Source of the DNA: Cetorhinus maximus
Lineage: Eukaryota
Direction: 5' to 3'
Assembly: GCF_964194155.1 (NCBI RefSeq)
Contig: NC_135896.1
Coordinates: 89,714,001-89,778,000 of the forward strand
DNA: 64,000 nucleotides
Position numbers and translations under genes: made by a program. Numbering within the stretch: position 1 is the stretch's first letter; every line of letters begins with the position of its first letter. Shown in pieces: positions 12,393-24,848 of the stretch. The notes beneath the pieces were generated by a model. The model had not been told where the DNA came from, searched no databases, and was given only the letters and a program-made list of their open reading frames with translations.

Positions 12393-12612
12393 ATGGCCCT
12401 GAAAGCCGAGAAGGGTTCAGTGACCTGTCACTGGAATGTCTTTTGGAGGCACTCGTGATGTCCTCCACCCCAGCTCTGGCTGCAGGAGGCCCATCAGTCT
12501 CGCCACTCCGGCTTGGTAGGCAATGGCAATGGTGATCAGTGCCAATGCTGCACAGAAGAGGTTGGCCATCCAATGCAAATAGAGCATGAATGATCTCACC
12601 CGTGCTGCCAGG
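12393..12612 (+). pseudogene. Degenerate Myb/SANT-like (Myb_DNA-bind_5 type) exon of a Harbinger accessory gene
   Basis: With frameshifts: MALKAEK/FSDLSLECLLEA/RDVLHPSSGCRRPISLATPAW*AMAMVISANAAQKRLAIQCK*SMNDLTRAAR, followed by donor GTAAGG. Confidence 0.7.
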
Positions 12613-13299
12613 GTAAGGCAACCATCTCATCACTCTAAACTCACACACTCAAGCCCATCACACATTCACTGGCATCTCATTCACTGCCAGCTCAAGAGAC
12701 ATCACCACTCACTCTCTCACACACCGCCTCACATCACCATCTGGCCTCATCTCCTCTGGAGGCTGCCTCCTCAGCCCTCACTATCTTGAGGCCACTTGCA
12801 GAGATCAACATGTGCCCCCATGGGATCCCCTCCTTCCCCAGTACAGCCCTCGCCCTGCAGCCTTTGAAAAGCCACCCCCGTCTTACGGCTCATCTGGTAG
12901 GTAGAGACCTGCCCGTGAGACCCCTAAAAGTGATGTGGTGCGGCGGGCAGAGCCTGGTGCTGATGACTGTGAGTCCTGCCCGAAGCAAGGTAGGCAAACA
13001 AACCTTGATGTCCCGAGCAAAGTGCAGCTCACCAAGTGCACGTCGCTCGTGTACAGTTGCGAAACATGTTGGTGTGCAATCACACTGTCGTGTTCGGATG
13101 ATCCAGCGTTGGGGGGGGGGGGGCGGATATCGGTGAGTGGGGCTTATAATAAGATGCTGAAGTATTGAAATTACCTTCCCGACGTGCGACGGTGGGAAAT
13201 GCGGCCCGACATTGATGGGTGGAGCGGACGATCGCAAACTAGTTTTACAACAACGTGAAACTGATTTTTGGCCTTCTTGCCATATTGTTTGCTCACGCT

Positions 13300-13859
13300 G
13301 CCAAACTGGCCCACCACCAAACAGGCCCACCACCAAACATATCCACCGCCAAACAGATCCAACGCCAAACATATCCACCGCCAAACTGATCCAACGCCAA
13401 ACAGATCCAACGCCAAACATATCCACCGCCAAAAAGATCCAACGCCAAACAGATCCACCGCCAAACAGATCCAACGCCAAACAGATCCAACGCCAAACAG
13501 ATCCAATGCCAAACATAACCACCGTCAAACAGATCCAATGCCAAACATATCCACCGCCAAACATATCCACCGCCAAAAAGATCCAACGTCAAACATAACC
13601 ACCGTCAAACAGATCCAATGCCAAACATATCCACCGCCAAACATATCCACCGCCAAAAAGATCCACCGCCAAACATATCCACCGCCAAACAGATCCACCG
13701 CCAAACAGATCCAATGCCAAACAGGCCCACCGCCAAACAGATCCAACGCCAAACAGATCCAACACCAAACAGGCCCACCGCCAAACAGATCCAACACCAA
13801 ACAGATCCACCACCAAACAGGCCCACCGCCAAACAGATCCGCCGCCAAACAGATCCACC
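13300..13859. repeat. 16-bp minisatellite (GCCAAACAGATCCAMC)n, ~35 units
   Basis: Directly visible, with an 80-bp higher-order duplication at 13508-13667. Confidence 0.97.
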
Positions 13860-14705
13860 AATGGGAGCGGAAAATTCCGCCCCAAATCTCGGGGGTGCAG
13901 GAAAGGTTAAGATTTTGGAGTCTCAGGACGAGGAGCGTGGGGAAGGCCTGAGGTGTTGATAGTGATGGATTGGGGTGTCGGGGGAAAGGCCCATAGGGAA
14001 GGGAGGATCTTATGGTGGGGAGGTGGTGATGACCAAATTTAGAAGGGGGCTTCTGATGGAGGCACATTCCCCCTTTCCCACCTGAGGCCTAAAACAGATC
14101 ATTCTCGGGCCTCCCCCATACCCAGAAAATTATTCTGCCAGCCTAAAAATTGAGGCTGGGTGGGAAACGGCCCTTAAGTGGTCAATAAATGGCACTTACC
14201 GGCCTCAAATGGGACAAGGGTGGGCGGGCTGGACGAGGTCCCGCCCACCCCAGCATAAAATTGGCAAGAGGTTGGGATGGGCGGGAACCCAGCAGGAAGT
14301 CCATTTGTGCTATTTCACACTCACTGTCTCCCCCTACGTCTAAAAACCCTCCATCAGGGGAGCATGAAATTAAGACCATATTCTCAGTTAACTCAGATCT
14401 TCTGCAACGGTGACACATATTACAATGAAGCATGGACACAAATCCATTTTTTGAGAATGTTTTATCATCCCTACACCATTGGAAAATGATAAATATGTTC
14501 AATGGGATGAACTACAGCACAAAAGATGTGTATTGTGACCAATACACTGTGCCCAAAACTAGAACATGGGGATGATCAGAGGCTCAAACAGCACAAATCC
14601 TTCTTTTTCCCAACACCCAATCGTCCTTACTGAAGAGAATGTGGCTCACAAGGGCAACCAATTCATAGAGAAACCAGGACAATGATCTGAAGCACAAGGA
14701 CAAGA

Positions 14706-15308
14706 AAAAGTACAAGAGCAAGGAGCTTATGCTGAGTTTACATGAGACACTAGTTAGACCTCAGCTGGAGTATCGTGTACAGTTCTGGGCGCCACATTAT
14801 AGAAAGGATGTGAACACATTGGGGAGAGTGCAGAAGAGGTTTGCAAGAATGGTTCCAGGGATGAGAAACTTCAGCTATGAGGATAGATTGGAGAGGTTGG
14901 GGCTGCCCTCCTTGGAGAGGGGAAGGCTGAGAGGAGATTTGATAGGGTTGTTCAAAATCATGAGGCGGCTGGATAGAGTAGATGGAGATAAACTGTTCCG
15001 GCTCGTAAAAGGATCAAGAACAAGAGGGCACAGATTTAAAGTGCTTTGCAAAAGAAGCAAATGTGATGCGAGAAAAAACATTTTCACACAGCGAGTGGTT
15101 CGAGTCTGGCACTGCCTGGAAGTGTGGTGGAGGCAGGTTCAATCGAAGCAATAAAGAGGGCATTAGATGATTATCTGAATAGGAACAATGTGCAAGGGTA
15201 CGGGGAAAAGGCAGGAGAACGGCACTGAGTCATAATGCTCATTTAGAGAGCCAGTACAGACACGATGGGCTGAATGGCCTCTTTCAGTGCCATAACAATT
15301 CTGTGACT
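14706..15308 (+). mobile_element. CR1 LINE 3' fragment
   Basis: ORF LVRPQLEYRVQFWAPHYRKD..LERLGLPSLERGRLRGDLI..FTQRVVRVW, plus 3'UTR. Confidence 0.95.
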
Positions 15309-16599
15309 CTGATAAACTTGCATTGCTTCCAACTCCCAATTGTGGCAAGAAACCTATCAAAGAAACATCAATGTAAGCCTCCTAGAAGCACGAGGCACAA
15401 TGCCTTGATAAAATATATATGCGATTGTAAAAATTCTGTAAAGTACAAGAAAAACAGGTCACTTGATCTAAAAAGACAAAAAGATTATCAATGCAGAAAG
15501 GGCTTGGCAGAGAGATCCTTAGATCTCTTTCTCCACTCTGTTGCTCTAACATAAGGTAAGCTATGATCGCATTTGACAGATATTACAGCTGAAAAGGGTA
15601 TGCCTGGCTAACATTTTTATAATTCTCCATTAATATTTTATTATTAAGTCTTTGCTACAGATATTTCAGGCCCAATCGGAAACTCGCACCATTCTGCTTA
15701 TGTAAGTGTTGAAAGTAATAATTACATGATGAGTCAATGAGCCACATACTGCACTCTTACCTTTGGGGCCTACATTAGAAGCCAGTCCAGATTGATGGGT
15801 TGAGTCTTCTTTGTCTACTGGGCATAACATACCTAAATGACATGAGGCTGGGCATGTTCAATCCAATTCTTGGTGGGCCCAAGGCCCAAAATTAGCACAA
15901 ATGGGTTTAAGTTAGTTTTCAAATGTATGCTGATGACATTCAGCTGTGCTTCATCACCACCCCTCCCGACCCTTCCACTGTTCACGGAATCACAGAATTT
16001 TAATGGCACAGAAGGAGGCCATTTGGCCCATCGTGTCTGCTTGTTAAATGATCAGACTGCTCACCTGACATCCAGTACTGGATAAGCAGACATTTATCCT
16101 CCAATTTAATACTGGGAAAACTGAAGCCAGCGGGCAGAATTTTTGATTGCATGAGGAGGTGGGTCAGGCTCGATGGGCTGAATGGCTTCCTTCTGCTCCT
16201 GTTTCGGGTGGGCCCACAATTACCACACACTAGCTGGTGCGCAGACATGTTCCTGCCTCTGGGCCATTTTGGAACAGGGTTCAAAATACACAAGGACGGC
16301 GGGAGAATTCTCCCTCGAAACCTCACAAATAGACTGAAAAATCAAAAATGGGGGCGGAAAATTCAAAATATTGAAAGAAAGGTAGCCCTCGTGTATTTTG
16401 ACTGGTGGAACTGCGAACATGGCTCCCCCCATGCCACCACCACATAACGTTCTGCCCAAGATGTCAAGATCAAGTGCAGCATTCAGGTCCAGCACTGAGA
16501 GGCAAAGTGATCATTAGGAACGGAATTTAACTGCCTCAGCTCTGGGATAAACAGAGCTTGTTGGGGGAACTGGGACTGGCTGCTTCACCTTTCATTGTT

Positions 16600-16885
16600 G
16601 TGTCCTCCTCCTTCAAATACCATGCCCTGGCAAGCATGGACTTCTATTGGATTGGTCCATGGCTACGCTTGGCAGAGTACTGCAGTGGTTCACCATTGCC
16701 ATCTGCCGTATGGTTGGTCAGAAAACTCTCATGCTCTTACCACCTGCCGTCAAAGCATATTGGAAGGATTTACATTGATCTGTTTGGCCATGTTATACAC
16801 ACACCTTCCATGGATATCAAGTCCTGAAGTGGGACTTGAACCCAGAGCTTCTGGCCTAGAGATAAGACATAACCACTGCACCTCA
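16600..16885 (-). mobile_element. tRNA-headed SINE with RTE-like tail
   Basis: Head reverse-complements 52526; tail contains AGTACTGCAGTGGTTCACCATTGCCATCTGC. Confidence 0.7.
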
Positions 16886-17476
16886 TGGCCATTCATTGTT
16901 GTGTCATCTGTTCAAAGGTAGATGGTATGGAGTTAGCTTCTCTTCCAGCTGAAGAACTCCCTTGGCAGGTAGAACCTTCGATTTTGAAAGCTTCTCTTCT
17001 AAGTTGCAGAAGGAGAGAGAGAACTGTCAATTGGTCAGGTTGTATGCTTTTGGGACGCTGTGCAGCAGACATGGCATAGGTTATCCAGGGTGCTACAACA
17101 CTGGGTCATGTTGCTGGAGATGCTGCTTCAATTACTTCTGAAATACTCAAGTCTGTTTCACAGCATTTTGCCAATGCTTGAATACCCACTGAAAAATGGT
17201 TCTGAATGCTAATGCTTTCTGTGGCCATGGAAACTCCGTAGAATAGACGAAAGATTAAAAAAAAACTACCCATCAATAAACAAATGTTCGATAAACACAA
17301 TTGGGGCCACCCTGTCCCAGATGAAGATGGCATAATGTGACCTTTCCATTTTACGCACCTGTGGCCTGTCAGATTGAGGTTGGCAATCTGGGGCTGTATT
17401 TTTTAGGCCTCGTGGCCTAAATAGGAGCTGGGTTTAAGGCTGTCCAGATATTGTTCCATACAGTATTCTTCAAGTC

Positions 17477-17846
17477 ACAGGGCTAGACAGACTAGATGCA
17501 GGGAGGATGTTTCCCCTGATTGGGGAGTCTAGAACCAGAGGCCACAGTCTCAGGATACTCGGCAGGCCATTTAAGGCTGAGATGAGGAAAAATCTCTTCA
17601 CTCAGAGGGTGGTCAACCTTGTGGAATTCTCTACCACTGAAGGCTGTGGAGGCCGGGTCACTAAGTACATTCAAGAAAGAAACTGATAAATTTTTGGACA
17701 TTAGGGACATCAAGGGGTATGGAGAGAAAGTGAGAATAGAGGAGAATTGAGATAGGGGATCAGCCATGATCATATTGAATGGCGGAGCAGGCTCGAAGGG
17801 CTGAATGGCCTACTCCTGCTCCTAGTTTCTACAGGGTTTCTATGTA
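17477..17846 (+). mobile_element. CR1 LINE 3' end
   Basis: Reverse complement of the 527-900 and 35335-35700 ends. Confidence 0.92.
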
Positions 17847-18118
17847 TGTTTCTCTCCTATAAGCCAGGGCTAGGATTAAACATAGTTCATGAGGTGAAAG
17901 GACAGTGGCATCACCAAGTTCCCCTCGAATTTCTTACCCTTCCCTACCTCCACCTTACCCTCCCATTTGGGGGATCAACATCCCAGAAACGGGGATATCA
18001 GGTCACCTTCAAGCTTCTGTTTGTGGGAGCTTGCTGTGTATAAATTGGTATCACCTGATAAAGTAATTAATGAAAATGGAAAATGAGCTCCTAAAAACCA
18101 TAAGTCGCCCTGAAAATC
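17847..18118 (+). repeat. Copy 1 of a ~270-bp local direct repeat (with 17455-17478)
   Basis: Aligns colinearly with 18904-19169. Confidence 0.92.
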
Positions 18119-18624
18119 AAAAAGTAGCTCTCAAGAAAATTAAGCGAGGAAGGTTTATTTTTCCTCAAAAAAAGCCTGTTAAAAAATTACCTTGATCCCT
18201 GTTTTGGAACATGCTGGTTCAGGAGGGAAATGGCTTCCTGCCTGCAAGTGGCAGGTAGCCAATTATGCATGTTAAGGGGCCTTTCAATTGGCAAACCAGC
18301 CCCACCACGGTGCCAGGAATCCAGCCAGGGTGGCCTCCAGGGGTGGGGGGTGGGGAGGTGCAGTAGGGAGGAAGTGTTTCAACTAGTTTTTTAAATCTAC
18401 CCCCCACTGCCCACAAATTATAAATATCCACAGTTACAGGGCTTTCCCCTCTACAATGGCATCTCTGGTAGCTGTGGACAGCTTTTATTACAGAAAATTT
18501 GTAAGCTTTGAAAGAGCACCTCCATTTTGAGGCTCTCTCTCTCTCTTACCTGCATCAACAGCATCTACTATTGTCAGATGAGCTACCACTCTCTCAGTGG
18601 TGCACGGCCTCCCTTGGCCTCTAG

Positions 18625-19430
18625 ACTTAACTATTCCAATGCACTCATGGCTGGCACCCCACGTTCTACCCACTGTAAACCTGAGGTCACCAAAACTCTG
18701 TTGCCTGTGCAAGCCCCGTGCACCTATCACCCCTGTGCTCGCTGACCTACACTGGCTTCCAGTCAAGCAACATCTTGATATTAAAAATGTCTTACTTGTT
18801 TTCAAATCTATCCATGGCCTTGCCTCTGCCTGTCTCTGAAACCTCCTGTGCCCCATAACCCTCCATAAAGTATCCTTCAAGCCACCGTATGTAAAGGAGA
18901 GTCTGTTTCTCTCGTATAAGCCAGGGCTAGGATTAAATATAGTTTGTGAGGTGAAAGGACGGTGGCATCACTAAGTTCAAATTTCTCCCCCTTCCCTACC
19001 TCCGCCACACCCTCCAATCTGGGGGATCAACATTCCAGAAACAGGATATTTGGTCATCATCAGGTGTCTGTTTGTGGGAGCTTGCTGTGTATAAATTGGT
19101 ATCATCTGATAAAGTAATTAGTGAAAATAAAAAATGAGCTCCTGAAAACCATAAGCAGCCCTGAAAATCTGTGCTCATCTAATTCTGGCCTCTCGCTGAT
19201 TTTAATCCCTCCACTATCGGTGGCAGTGCCTTCAGTTGCCTAGGCCCCAAGCTCTGGAATACCTGCCTCCCAACATCATTTTCCTCCTTTAAGACCTTTA
19301 AGATATTCCTAAAACTTACCTCTTGTCCATCTGACCCAATATTCCATATATGGTTTGGCGTCATACTTTATTTTATAGTGCTTCTGTGAAGTGCCTTGGG
19401 ATATGTTATTATTTTAAAGGCATTATATTT
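18625..19430 (+). mobile_element. L2 LINE 3' fragment interrupted by the duplicated segment
   Basis: PITPVLADLHWLPVKQHLDIKNVLLVFKSIHGLA, then after the insert IGGSAFSCLGPKLWN and an L2-type tail. Confidence 0.85.
18862..19169 (+). repeat. Copy 2 of the local direct repeat, inserted in the L2
   Basis: See copy 1. Confidence 0.92.
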
Positions 19431-19484
19431 ATACGATAAGGATAAAGAGAGCTAATTGATTAATACAGTATGATGTTTGCCATG

Positions 19485-19652
19485 GAATCACAGAATTGTT
19501 ATGGTGTAGAAGGAGGCCATTCGGCCCATCGTGCCTGCACCGGCTCTCTGAGCATTTTAACTTAGCGCCAATCTCGTGCCTTTTCCCCGTGACCCTGCAC
19601 ATTGTTTCTATTTAAGTAATCATCCAATGCCCTCTTCAATGCCTCAACTGAA
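19485..19652 (-). mobile_element. CR1 3' tail
   Basis: Reverse complement of 15140-15308. Confidence 0.85.
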
Positions 19653-20024
19653 CCAGATGGCTAGCATGTGGCTCAGATTAATGCCAACAGCACGGGGTTC
19701 AATCTCTGTTCCGGCTGATGCAGACTCTGGGCCTGCCTTTATATCCTACTCATCCTAAAGGAACCTTGGCCCTTTGCCATCGTTTGGCAAATAATTGCCC
19801 ATGGTCTACCTTCTGGCAGAGAGCTCAAGAGAAAGATATTTGTCATAGCATTTCATCTTAATGTACCCTCAGCAGACACCCAAGAAGAATTTGTCCTTCA
19901 CACTGGCTAACCTGTGGTGTAGATTAGAAGGCTTCCATAATTAACAATATGACAAATTGCTCTTATTGTTCTCGCAAGGTTATGCATGGGCAGAAAACAA
20001 GTAGTGTTGGCCTGGAGTAAATGC

Positions 20025-20305
20025 CATTGATGGTCAATGGCATTACCATCGCTGAATCCCCCACTATCAACATCCTGGGGGGGTTACCATTGGCCAGAAA
20101 CTGAACTGGACTAGCCATATAAATACTGTGGCTACAAGAGCAGGTCAGAGGCTAGGAATCGTACAACAAGTAACTCACCTCCTGACTCCCCAAAGCCTGT
20201 CCACCGTCTACAAGGCACAAGTCAGGAGTGTGATGGAATACTCCCCACTTGCCTGCATGACTGCAGCTCCCACAACTCTCAAGAATCCCAGGAATGAGTA
20301 AAAAT
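20025..20305 (+). mobile_element. CR1-group LINE RT fragment (distinct family)
   Basis: GVTIGQKLNWTSHINTVATRAGQRLGI..LSTVYKAQVRSVMEYSPLA. Confidence 0.85.
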
Positions 20306-20479
20306 AAGTACCACCTAATAAACTTACACCAAGTAAAACTCCCTTCCTCAGGAAATGACTTGCTCAGTTACAAGGGAAACAGTGCAGGACTATCTATTAA
20401 AGTGCCATTTTGTCTTATCTATTGATTTCTCTGTTGAATTGAAGCATATTTCTGACTGAACTTCAGTATGAAATTAGGC

Positions 20480-20875
20480 CATGGAGGAATTGAGTGACAC
20501 AGCAGGTTAGAGCACTCTCCTTTTACACATGGGATTCCTAAGAGGCCCAAGCTGATGAGATGAAAAGTCTCATCTCGCTAATTACTTTAATGAGTTTAAT
20601 TCCCCCTGTACATTATTTTTTTAATACACTTGTTAACGCACTTACATGAATTTTTGTCTGCAGTAAAAATGGTGCAGACTGGAATTTATGCAAATACATT
20701 AATGAGTTCATTTAAAATTTCGCAGAGGGAATTAAAAACCTAAAGAGTCACAAGTCTTTAAGTAAGTTTGTGCCAATCTCAGCTGAGATCCTGTGGGGTC
20801 TGAGCCCACAGTACAAAACTGCCACTCATTTGGAGGCAATAGGTATTTCACGCTTGCACCAACAAGGCAAAAGTT
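20480..20875 (+). mobile_element. LF-SINE-like ancient SINE, degenerate and possibly interrupted
   Basis: tRNA-like head, GATGAAAAGTCTC, and CCACAGTACAAAACTGCCACTCATTTGG resemble the LF-SINE layout from recall. Confidence 0.35.
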
Positions 20876-20984
20876 AGAAAATATCACATTGTTCTCAGAT
20901 TATAACTAAAGCGTATTCTGAGTTTGGTCTTTGTTGTACCTCTGCTTCAGGTATATTCTTTTGCTGGTACAGAACTTGGGTATT

Positions 20985-21530
20985 GCTGAAAAAAGAGACA
21001 TGCTGTCAAAGCTTTACATCTTGCACTCATCAGGACAGATTTCAAAATTACCAATAGTAAAGGGAACAACAACTTAAACTGCATGAGAAGAGAGTGCTGA
21101 TTGGTTGGGATGTGGATGCTGATTAGTAGAGGCATTGCCATGGAGAATGCAGCAGGGAACAGATAACTGACAAGATATTGTTCAAATTCAAACCAGGCAG
21201 ATCGACTCTGATTGGTCAAGGCATTGCCATGGGGAATGAACCAAGGAATGGCTGTCCCTCAAGCTTTTGTTTAATTGAAAAAGGCACAATGTGTGGACCT
21301 GCTCATTCTATTTGCAAAGGACAGGGTCCCATGTGTGAACATATGTGGCTTCTAGCATGCGTAAGTGAGCCACACTGCTATCCCGACTGATAATCTTAAA
21401 TTGGTTTTCAGTGTAATTCTTTGCAAAATCAGGATTGTTTAGCAAGTGTTGTCCAATCGCGGAATCGCATCTAAAATGTTGGACACTATATTTTGAGTTT
21501 TGCAAGCATGGACTGGTTGGGTATGTATGT
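20985..21530 (-). mobile_element. Penelope-like element 3' fragment (family B)
   Basis: RCDSAIGQHLLNNPDFAKNYTENQFKIISR..LRMLEATY (GIY-YIG C-terminal part); colinear with 42862-43310. Confidence 0.85.
21003..21038 (-). ncRNA. Minimal type I hammerhead motif with a mutated core (GAAA>GTAA)
   Basis: CTGTC-CTGATGA-GTGCAAGAT-GTAA-AGCTTT-GACAG. Confidence 0.55.
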
Positions 21531-21859
21531 TGTCTATTAGTACATTGCCTATTGCAAAGAGGAAAAAGCTTATACAGCATGTCTCTCTTGTCAGCAATAC
21601 TAAAGCATATTTGGGAGAACATCCTACATAGAGTGCAATCCTGAAACTGCTCTGCATAAGCATACTCATAATTTTGTTAAGTAGGTGCCAAGGGCATCTT
21701 TCTCCATTGAAGGGGCATAGAGGATTCTATCTACCCTGTGTCCACACCATACCACATCTCACCTAGAATAGCACTGGTACACACAGCGATTAGCTTAATA
21801 TGCAGAAAATTGCTTCCACTACAATGTCTTAAAATAAAAGTCCAATTCAGAAACATATA

Positions 21860-22489
21860 CTGTATATGCCCTTGTAAATACTGACTCCATTAAAAGTTGA
21901 CCAATGATTTTTGGTTTAAAATTTTGTAGTTTGTCGTATACTTCATTTAAAAGCCAACCTTTGTTCTCAAGGAAGAAAAGCCGTTCCTCTGCCTCACGCC
22001 CCTCACTTCCCACTCTTCTGGGAACCCATTCACACGCACCGAAAAAAAGGTGTCAGACAGGAGGCTACAGCCCAGGAAAGCCCTGACGCCAACCTGCTTG
22101 CCTGCCAGGAGCTGCGCGAACTAAAGTTCCGCTCCCATCGCCATTGCAGGCAGCCCAAATCACAGCACTCCCCAAGAAGGTGCAGTCATGTCCAAACAAT
22201 CTGCTGATCTCAACCCGCCACACCAGGGCTCAGACCTAAAGGGCGCAACCTGTTTGACTGCAGCAGACCAGGCCTTGCCAAGGTACACCATTCCTGCCAT
22301 AGCAACAAGCCGGGAACAATTGGCCAATCAGTAAATTCATCCGGATGTTCACTGTACACTCAGGATGCTGTGTGGGCCCAAATCAAGCATGTAAATCCCT
22401 CGAAAATATTACTCGTGTAAAGATCAACCCTTAACTTTTTGCCTAAAAGACTGGTCTCAAAAATTCAACTTTTGCACAGCTATGCATGT
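21860..22489. mobile_element. Possible old Tc1/mariner (pogo-like) non-autonomous element
   Basis: TA-flanked ends resembling CCGTATATACTCGTGTAAA with AAGTCGACC-like subterminal motifs; TIR match is weak. Confidence 0.35.
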
Positions 22490-22696
22490 TAATCTTGCTG
22501 CTTTACTAATTCCCAGTAAAATTCAGAAATGTAAGGCAAACTCCAGGCATAACAAATAATAACAAATTGCAAAGCACCTCAACTAGGCTGATGATAGATT
22601 TGCAAATTCCCTATGTTCCAATGGCTGCTAAAGAAAATTCCTTTCCCTCTGTCCTCATTCTCCACTGAAAGTGCCACCCATCATTCAGCACGACAG

Positions 22697-22945
22697 CAAC
22701 TTGTATTTATATCGCGCTTATAATATAGCAAAAACCCCAAGGCACTTCACAGGAGCATAATCAGACAAAGATTGACAGTGAACCATGGAAGAAGACATGA
22801 GTGACCAAAAGCTTGATCGAAAGGTAGGTTTTAAGGAGCTAAAACCTTAAAGGAGGGGAGAGAGAGAGAGGTGGGGATGTTTAGGGAGAGGATTCCCGAG
22901 TTTTGATCCTGGGCAGATGACAACATTGGTCGCCAATGTGGATGG
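22697..22945 (-). mobile_element. L2 LINE 3' tail
   Basis: CCCAAGGCACTTCACAGGAGCA is near reverse-complementary to 19378-19400. Confidence 0.7.
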
Positions 22946-22949
22946 GGTG

Positions 22950-23966
22950 GAACATAAGAACATACGAAATAGGAGCAGGAGTAGATCATTCGCCCCCTTT
23001 GGGCCCACTCCACTATTCAGTCAGATCACAGCTGATCTCCTACTTCAACCCCATTTCCCTGCACTATCTCCGTATCCCCTGATGTTTTGAATATGTAGAA
23101 ATCTATCGATCTCAGTCTTGAACATACTCCATGACTGAGCCTCCACAGCCCCCTGAGGCAGAGAATTCCAAAGATTCATCACCCTCTGAGTGAAGAAATT
23201 CCTCCTCATCTCAGTCTCAAATGGCCTGCCCCTTATTCTGAGACTATGTCCCCTGGTTCTAGGTTCCCCAGCAGGGAAAACATCCTTCCTGCATCTACCC
23301 TGTTGAGCACTGTAAGAATTTTGTACATTTGAATGAGATCACCTCTCATTCTTCTAAACTCCAGCGAATAAAAGCCTAATCCATTCAACCTTTCCTGAAT
23401 GGACAGTCCCTCCATCCCAAGAATTAGTTTGGTGAACCTTTGTTGCACTCCCTCACTGGCAAGTATATCTTTCTTCAGATAAAGAGACCAAAACTGCACA
23501 CAATATTCCAGGTGCAGTCTCGCCAAAGCTTTATATAATTGTAGTAAGATATCTTTACTCGTATACGCAAATCCTCTTGTAATACAGGCCAACATACTAT
23601 TTGCCTTCTTACTTGCGTGCTGTACCTGTATGTTAGCTTCCAGTGACTCACGAACAAGGACATCTAAGTCCCTTTGAAGCTTAACGCTCTCTAACCTCTC
23701 GCCATTTAAGAAATACTGTGTATTTCTGTTTTTCCTACCAAAGTGGATAGCCTTACATTTCTCCACATTGTATACCATCTGCCAAATTTTTTGCCCACTC
23801 GCTTAGCATCTCCAAATTCACTTGAAGCATCTTTGCATCCTCCTCACAACTCAGACTTCCAACTCGTTTTGTGTCAACGGCAAACTTGGAAATATTACAT
23901 TTAATCCCCACATCCAAGTCATTGATATAGATTGTGAAGAGCTGAGGCCCCAGCACTGATCCTTGC
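22950..23966 (-). mobile_element. CR1 LINE 3' ~1 kb, degenerate RT
   Basis: [49 protein letters not shown]. Confidence 0.95.
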
Positions 23967-24848
23967 CGTCAATTAGAGCTAATGCACTAATTGAGATTAA
24001 ATTTGCAATATCTCCAAAGGAGGCAATAAGAACTTCCATGTCGCTGCCAGAAGCAGATTCCCTTTTCAGCTTGGAGGCAAAGGCATATTTATGTTGGCTG
24101 ACCTGTGTCTGACCTGCTTGATATGTGGGGGAAAAAACCCTGCAGCACGATTCCAAAATAATGTTATATGGCTAAACTTAGAAAGTAATTAATGCCCGAA
24201 GTCTGTGATAAATGGGCACCTTCATCCGGTTGGTTCTCTTCTAACTCAATAATCTATAAAGTTAAATTATTTAAGAAGGCTAATATATTACAAACAATTC
24301 AATTGACCTGTGCGGCTACCTTCAATGCGAGTGTCTGAAGAAAATGAAATTAGGCAAAATAAAGGGATTTCTTTGCTGCGTGGGAAGGAAAGTGATAAAT
24401 TAGAGACATATCTGAGAATAAGCGTCTTCCGTAAGCAAAGAGAAAGGCCAGTGCCTCAAACCGACACCTTCAATTCCGGTGCAGTTTATACATTTTATAG
24501 ATAATAATTATAATGAGATTTCTAAGGCCTAATACTTAATGCTGCTGCTGCTGCTTGTAGCTACTCTGCCAGGAGATCTGCTGTCGTGGTTTGTCACGCT
24601 CGCCTGTCTTGCACCATCCTCACACGTCCACTGTAGCTCATCTGCAACTGTTCTGTGACGTCCATCATCCAACTACACCCAGGTCAACCCCTCTTTGTGC
24701 TGCCCTCCACTTTACCCTCTGGATTAGATCTCTTTAGCTTTTCAGCTCTGAACAAATCGCTGAAATACTGACATTTTCTTTTCTGGATGTTGCTTTTTAG
24801 AGTTCTTCATCCTCTTACAATTTCAAGCACCACTTTATTTGTCTTCAG

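Larger units (their letters stand above)
12140..13882 (+). mobile_element. Harbinger-like deletion derivative carrying a Myb/SANT remnant and a 16-bp minisatellite
   Basis: Right TIR AAAATTCCGCCC at 13871-13882; Myb-like pseudo-exon; left end uncertain; appears nested in an older element (~11770-12130 and 13883-14310). Confidence 0.6.

Noticed and set aside
12890-14067. Several 100-230 aa repetitive ORFs
   Set aside because: Products of the 16-bp minisatellite.
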